This document shows, in pieces, positions 5,708 through 10,506 of a stretch of 10,506 nucleotides of DNA (position 1 is the stretch's first letter; the number at the start of each line of letters is the position of its first letter). The stretch comes from a virus (taxonomy: Duplodnaviria > Heunggongvirae > Uroviricota > Caudoviricetes). The notes below the pieces were generated by a model. It worked only from the letters and a program-made list of their open reading frames with translations. It was not told the origin of the DNA and searched no databases. The position numbers and the translations under genes were made by a program. Location of the stretch: the IMG/VR virus record IMGVR_UViG_2529292883_000007, positions 1-10,506 of that record; one strand, given 5' to 3'.

Positions 5708-6262
5708 ATGGCTACTATCCCTACCCTTTCTCACCCTGACGTAACCATCAAAAATGGTCGCGCTGTCACTACGTCTGTTGCGGTTGCAGAGTTCTTCCGC
5801 AAAATGCACAAGGACGTTTTGCGCAAAATTGAAACGCTAGAATGCTCTGAAGATTTTAACGAGCGCAATTTTACGCCCGTTACCTACACCGACGCCAAAG
5901 GCGAAAAACGACCAATGTACCAAATCACCAAAAACGGCTTCGTTTTCCTGGTGATGGGGTTCACCGGCAAAAAAGCCGCAGCTTTCAAGGAAGCCTACAT
6001 CGCTGAATTCGATCGCATGGAGGCAGAGTTGTACCAGCTTAATACCACTACCACAGACAAAATAATTCCTGGTGATGGTCGCACTCTCGTTGTTCACTTC
6101 GACGAACGCGGCAATATCAAATTCACCGAAACCGTTCCTGACGGCGCTCTCGTCTGTACTCTGGATACTTTCCGCTTTTATCTGGAGAAGCAGGGGTGGA
6201 CTCTTGTAAACAGGAGCGCAATTAAAAATATGACCGTCGAGCAGTTGCTGAGTATTAAATAG
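5708..6262 (+). CDS. rha: Rha-family phage regulatory protein
   Basis: 184-aa ORF from ATG 5708 with a GAGG Shine-Dalgarno 8 nt upstream. The N-terminus (KNGRAVTTSVAVAEFFRKMHKDVLRKIETL...YQITKNGFVFLVMGFTGKKAAAFKEAYIAEFDRME) matches the Rha domain pattern. The track's longer 268-aa ORF starts at a TTG inside the promoter -10 and is not preferred. Confidence 0.7.
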   Translation: MATIPTLSHPDVTIKNGRAVTTSVAVAEFFRKMHKDVLRKIETLECSEDFNERNFTPVTYTDAKGEKRPMYQITKNGFVFLVMGFTGKKAAAFKEAYIAEFDRMEAELYQLNTTTTDKIIPGDGRTLVVHFDERGNIKFTETVPDGALVCTLDTFRFYLEKQGWTLVNRSAIKNMTVEQLLSIK

Positions 6263-6308
6263 TTTTCTGGAATTTTCTTAATGCGACAAATTTATTAAGG
6301 AGATAATT

Positions 6309-6530
6309 ATGATTGCTCATCACTTCGGAACTGATGATATTCCTCGTCAGTGCGTGACTCCCGGTGATTATGTTATTCATAAAGGAAGAACATATATTGC
6401 TTCGGTAAACAATATTAAAAAACACCGGCTCTATATTCGTGATTTTTCCACACAACACTGTATTAATGAAACCATGATTAAAGTCTTCCTTGATCGTGAT
6501 GGTTTACCTGTAAAGGCGGAGTCGTGGTGA
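6309..6530 (+). CDS. Small protein, possibly KilR-like (Rac cell-division inhibitor family)
   Basis: 73-aa ORF with a strong AAGGAG Shine-Dalgarno 6 nt upstream, in a locally AT-rich segment. The KilR assignment rests on its length, its position next to the recE-like gene and a tentative recollection of the KilR sequence. Confidence 0.5.
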   Translation: MIAHHFGTDDIPRQCVTPGDYVIHKGRTYIASVNNIKKHRLYIRDFSTQHCINETMIKVFLDRDGLPVKAESW

Positions 6531-6647
6531 GCTGTAATAAAATAACTACCCCAATACGACATTCAGTTTAATAAATACATCAGATTCGATTCTTATATGC
6601 CAGCAATGGCAGTGATTTGTTCACCCCTAAATCTGTAATGAGGTTTA

Positions 6648-9086
6648 TTGATGAGCACGAATAAAGAACTGTTTGCGCTATATTGCGAAGCTAAAAATGA
6701 CAAGGTCAGAAAGCGTCTCGGTATTAAAGGTGGCTTTTTCTGGATCGAAGCCAAAAAACTTTCCGTTGCAGTTTCCCGCTGTATTGCCGCTATGGACGAT
6801 GCTGGCTACGACGAAGATGATTTCAAAAAAACAGTTCGCGTCCATTTGCCTGTTGTAAATGACCTGCCACCTGAAGGCGTATTTGATACTGATTTCTGTA
6901 ACCGTTACGAAAAAGGTGGAGAAGATGGCATCACAATGATGCCGGTACCGTCCAGCAACAGCGATGAAAACAGTAACGCCGCTAATACTAACGTCAACGG
7001 CGAAGACATGACTGAGATTGAGGAGAATATGCTTCTGCCGGTTTCAGGTCAGCTTCTGCCTGTTAGATGGCTGGCACAGCACGGCAGCGAAAAACCTGTC
7101 ACGCATGTTTCACGGGATGAACTGCGGGCATTACATAACGCACAGGAAGAAAAACTTCCCGCCGTTACCGCTCTGGCCATCTCAAATAAAGCAGTGCAAC
7201 TCGAACCGCTGGAGATTCGGGATTTGTACAAACTGGTGCGGGACACTGACAAAGTTTTTCCCGCCCCCGTAAATTCAGACCTGGGACTGATGACTTCCTT
7301 CATCGAAGCATACCTGGACGCTGACTACACCAATCGCGGTCTGCTTACAAAAGAGTGGATGAAAGGAAATCATGTTTCGCGAATCAGCCGCACACCATCC
7401 GGCGCTAACGCTGGCGGCGGTATTCTTACCGATCGCGGCGAAGGTTTTGTACACGATGATGCATCACTGGCGCGCGACGTAGCCACTGGCGTGCTGGCCC
7501 GTTCAATGGACGTGGACATTTATAACCTTCATCCGGCACACGCTAAACGCGTCGAGGAAATTATCGCTGAAAATAAACCGCCCTTTTCTGTTTTCTTCAG
7601 CAAATTCATCACCATGCCGGGCCACAAGGATTTCTCCCGTGCCATCGTGGTTGCCTCCGTGAAAGAAGCACCAGTTGGTATAGAGGCTATGCCCCACCGT
7701 GTCACCGAATACCTGAATAAGGTGCTGACTGAAACCGATCATGCCAACCCTGATCCGGAAATCGTGGATATTGCCTGCGGTCGCTCCTCTGCCCCGATGC
7801 CGCAGCGTGTAACGGAAAAAGAAAAACATGATGAAGAAAAACCGCAACCATCTGGCGCAATGGCAGATGAACAGGCAACGGCTGAAACAGTGGAACCGGA
7901 TGCAACTGAACATCATCCGGACACGCAGCCGGTGGATGCTCAGCCACAGGTGAATTCTGTTGATGCGAAATATCAGAAACTGCGGGCAGAACTCCATGAA
8001 GCCAGGAAAAACATTTCGCCTAAAAATCCTGTCGACGCAAACAAATTACTGGCCGCCTCTCGCGGAGAATTTGTTGAAGGGATTAGTGACCCGAATGATC
8101 CGAAATGGGTTAAGGGGCACCAGACTCGCGAGTCTTCGAACCAGAATCAACCAGAAGTGGAACAAACCAGGTCAGAATCGGGACAAAATAGCCAGGATGC
8201 ACACCAAAATGAACCAAAAACGATACATCCGGAGCCAGCAGCGCAACATGCACAGAAAAATCCCTGTAATGTTTGTGGGGAAACTGGCGGGGGCACATGC
8301 CCTGACTGTGCCTCAGTAATGGGTGACGCAACTTACCATGAGACATTCTGCGAGGAAGATTCAGATGAATCTCAGGAAAAAGCTCCGGAGGAGATGGAAA
8401 ACCCTGAACATCCGCATCCGGAAAATACTGACAGCAATCAGCATAACAATAGCGGTGATAAAACTGACAGGACGACAAATTCCTTAATTAATATGTACGG
8501 TTATAAGAAAAGAACATCCACCAGCAGAATGTGTCACCATCTGATGATCGACCTTGAAACAATGGGAAAAAATCCTGATTCCCCGATTATCTCAATAGGT
8601 GCAATATTTTTCGATCCGCAAACCGGAGAGATGGGACCAGAATTTAATAAAACCATCGATCTGGAAACTGCTGGCGGAGTCATTGATCGGGACGCGATCA
8701 AGTGGTGGCTGAAGCAATCACGCGAAGCGCAATCTGCCATTCTGACCGATGAAATCCCGTTAGATGATGCACTGCTGCAATTGCGGGAATTTATCGCCGA
8801 AAACTCCGGTGAATTGTTTGTTCAGGTCTGGGGAAATGGAGCCAACTTCGACAACGTGATTTTGCGCCGTTCATATGAACGGCAGGGTATCCCCTGCCCG
8901 TGGCGCTACTACAACGATCGCGATGTACGCACAATCATTGAACTGGGAAAATCCATAGACTTCGATGCCAGGACGCCTATTCAATTCGAAGGCATACGCC
9001 ACAATGCGCTGGATGATGCCCGTCACCAGGCGAAATACGTTTCAGCAATCTGGCAAAAACTGATCCCGAATCAGTCTGATTTTTAA
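6648..9086 (+). CDS. Large prophage exonuclease: RecE-like N-terminal/central region fused to a C-terminal DEDDh (DnaQ/RNase T-like) 3'-5' exonuclease domain
   Basis: 812-aa ORF with GAGG 8 nt upstream. The C-terminal domain has the three DEDDh motifs: Exo I MIDLETMG, Exo [14 protein letters not shown], Exo [15 protein letters not shown] CxxC-x7-CxxC motif ([15 protein letters not shown]) and an acidic, Pro/Gln/Glu-rich low-complexity segment lie between the N-terminal region and the nuclease domain. It occupies the exo/recE position upstream of xis-int. Confidence 0.75.
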   Translation: MMSTNKELFALYCEAKNDKVRKRLGIKGGFFWIEAKKLSVAVSRCIAAMDDAGYDEDDFKKTVRVHLPVVNDLPPEGVFDTDFCNRYEKGGEDGITMMPVPSSNSDENSNAANTNVNGEDMTEIEENMLLPVSGQLLPVRWLAQHGSEKPVTHVSRDELRALHNAQEEKLPAVTALAISNKAVQLEPLEIRDLYKLVRDTDKVFPAPVNSDLGLMTSFIEAYLDADYTNRGLLTKEWMKGNHVSRISRTPSGANAGGGILTDRGEGFVHDDASLARDVATGVLARSMDVDIYNLHPAHAKRVEEIIAENKPPFSVFFSKFITMPGHKDFSRAIVVASVKEAPVGIEAMPHRVTEYLNKVLTETDHANPDPEIVDIACGRSSAPMPQRVTEKEKHDEEKPQPSGAMADEQATAETVEPDATEHHPDTQPVDAQPQVNSVDAKYQKLRAELHEARKNISPKNPVDANKLLAASRGEFVEGISDPNDPKWVKGHQTRESSNQNQPEVEQTRSESGQNSQDAHQNEPKTIHPEPAAQHAQKNPCNVCGETGGGTCPDCASVMGDATYHETFCEEDSDESQEKAPEEMENPEHPHPENTDSNQHNNSGDKTDRTTNSLINMYGYKKRTSTSRMCHHLMIDLETMGKNPDSPIISIGAIFFDPQTGEMGPEFNKTIDLETAGGVIDRDAIKWWLKQSREAQSAILTDEIPLDDALLQLREFIAENSGELFVQVWGNGANFDNVILRRSYERQGIPCPWRYYNDRDVRTIIELGKSIDFDARTPIQFEGIRHNALDDARHQAKYVSAIWQKLIPNQSDF

Positions 9087-9149
9087 TGTTCAACCCCAGT
9101 CGTCGCCCCCAGCTATAGTGGCGGCGACCATGATTAGCGAACGATACTC

Positions 9150-9398
9150 ATGGCAAGACTTATTCTGCTCACTGAGTGGGCAAAAGAGGAATTCAGCGAT
9201 CCGGTCCCTACTCCGGGCACGTTAAGTAAATACGCTAAAGCCGGAATGATATTTCCTCTCCCCAAAAAAGTTGGAAGACACTGGCGAGTGGATCCGCGAG
9301 CTCGCTTTGTCGGAATGGTAAACAAGCCGGAGGTGATCGCCACAGATCATCCTGCTTTAAAGAGGATACTGGAAGATGGCACGCCCGCGAAAATATAA
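9150..9398 (+). CDS. xis: Excisionase (Xis-like)
   Basis: 82-aa ORF immediately upstream of int, with its 3' end overlapping the int start by 23 nt as in lambda xis/int. The sequence (LTEWAKEEF...MIFPLPKKVGRHWRVDP) resembles excisionase-family proteins. Confidence 0.65.
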   Translation: MARLILLTEWAKEEFSDPVPTPGTLSKYAKAGMIFPLPKKVGRHWRVDPRARFVGMVNKPEVIATDHPALKRILEDGTPAKI

Positions 9399-10506
9399 AA
9401 CCGCTGTTCCGGGATTATCTCCGTATTTTGACAAAAGAAATAACAAAGTTTACTGGCGTTACAGGCATCCCATCACAGGTAAAAATCATGGACTCGGCAG
9501 TATTGACCAGAAACTGGCGGAAACCATTGCAGCAGAAGCGAACAGCCGTCTTGCCAGACAACAAATGGAGCAAATGCTCAGTCTGCAGGAGAAAATTATT
9601 AGTGATACCGGCGGCGCATCAACCGTTTCCATTTTTCTGAATAATTACAGAAAAATTCAACAGGAAAGATATGAGAACGGAGAGATCAAACTCAGCACGC
9701 TGAAGCAAAAAGCGGCTCCTCTCAGGGTGTTTGATGAACGTTTTGGAGCCAGGCCGCTAGATGCCATAACCGTAAAAGATGTGGTATCAGTGCTGGAAGA
9801 ATACAAGGCAAAGGGACATAACAGAATGGGACAAATTTTCAGGAAGGTCTTGATCGATGTTTTCCGGGAGGCTCAACAAACGGGTGATGTCCCGCCAGGC
9901 TTTAACCCGGCTGAATCGGCAAAAAAACCGCAAGTGCGGATATCAAGACAGCGACTGACTTTTGATGAGTGGATGATGATTTATAACGCAGCGGAAAAGG
10001 ATGGTTACTTTTTACAGCGCGGCATGCTGCTGGCTCTGATGACGGGCCAGCGTCTTTCGGATATTTGCAAAATGCAGTTTTCGGATATCCGGGATGGTTA
10101 CCTTCATGTCGAACAGCAAAAAACAGGAGCCCGGATAGCCATTCCTCTGGCTCTGCGTTGCGACAAATTAAATCGTACCCTGGGTGACGTGGTGTCATCC
10201 TGTCGTGATTACATCCTTAGTCCGTGGTTATTGCACCATCATCACGCTAAGGGGATGGGTAAGCGCGGCGGGATGGTTAAACCAGCAACGTTAACAGTCG
10301 CATTTAAAAAAGCCCGGGATTCTGTGGATTACAACTGGCGTGCTAATGGCACGCCACCCTCTTTCCATGAGCAAAGATCTTTATCAGAACGATTGTTCAG
10401 AGAACAGGGAATTGATACCAAAATTTTGCTGGGTCATTCGAATCAAAAAATGACCGATATTTACAACGATGCACGCGGTAAGGAGTGGAAAAAACTGGTC
10501 ATTTGA
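9376..10506 (+). CDS. int: Lambda-family tyrosine integrase
   Basis: 376-aa ORF with clear similarity to lambda Int as I recall it: RLTFDEWMMIYNAAEKDGYF / MTGQRLSDICKMQFSDIRDGYLHVEQQKTGARIAIPLAL and the C-terminal PPSFHEQRSLSERLF...LLGHSNQKMTDIYNDARGKEWKKL, including the catalytic R...HxxR...Y arrangement. The stop is at the window edge, so the att site should lie just downstream of the window. Confidence 0.9.
   Translation: MARPRKYKTAVPGLSPYFDKRNNKVYWRYRHPITGKNHGLGSIDQKLAETIAAEANSRLARQQMEQMLSLQEKIISDTGGASTVSIFLNNYRKIQQERYENGEIKLSTLKQKAAPLRVFDERFGARPLDAITVKDVVSVLEEYKAKGHNRMGQIFRKVLIDVFREAQQTGDVPPGFNPAESAKKPQVRISRQRLTFDEWMMIYNAAEKDGYFLQRGMLLALMTGQRLSDICKMQFSDIRDGYLHVEQQKTGARIAIPLALRCDKLNRTLGDVVSSCRDYILSPWLLHHHHAKGMGKRGGMVKPATLTVAFKKARDSVDYNWRANGTPPSFHEQRSLSERLFREQGIDTKILLGHSNQKMTDIYNDARGKEWKKLVI

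Noticed and set aside
7018-8740. Multiple ORFs of 60-164 aa on both strands inside the exonuclease gene (for example 7503-7997 minus, 7960-8319 plus, 8110-8478 minus)
   Set aside because: All are nested within or antisense to the 812-aa ORF, lack ribosome-binding sites and have low-complexity or Cys/Arg/His-rich translations typical of shadow ORFs.
9134-10198. ORFs overlapping xis/int (9134-9343 minus, 9428-9640 plus, 9902-10198 minus)
   Set aside because: Nested in or antisense to the confidently identified xis and int genes. No independent support.

Overview
This window reads as the early-regulatory-to-integration arm of a Rac/Qin-like lambdoid (probably cryptic) prophage from an Escherichia-type enterobacterium. 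No searches were run; all family calls rest on reading the sequence and on remembered signatures. Left to right: (1) a leftward pR-like operon with a Cro/YdaS-like gene, a YdaT-like gene, an O-like replication initiator carrying origin-type iterons, and a 136-aa unknown; (2) a divergent XRE-type repressor gene followed by a PaaA-type antitoxin and a ParE toxin that is frameshifted; (3) a repressor-controlled rightward operon (ydfA-like, ydfB-like, DicF sRNA) that lacks dicB and instead carries cargo: a convergent 94-aa gene, a Phd/YefM plus RelE/ParE-like pair, Rha behind a promoter-terminator leader, and a KilR-like small gene; (4) a large exonuclease with a DEDDh 3'-5' catalytic domain, then xis and a lambda-family tyrosine integrase ending at the right edge. 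Two perfect 39-bp palindromes sit on the two early promoters and are the likely operators. Most of this is recognisable prophage biology; the least explained parts are the rha leader, the DicF-without-dicB junction, the convergent 94-aa gene and the exonuclease architecture.
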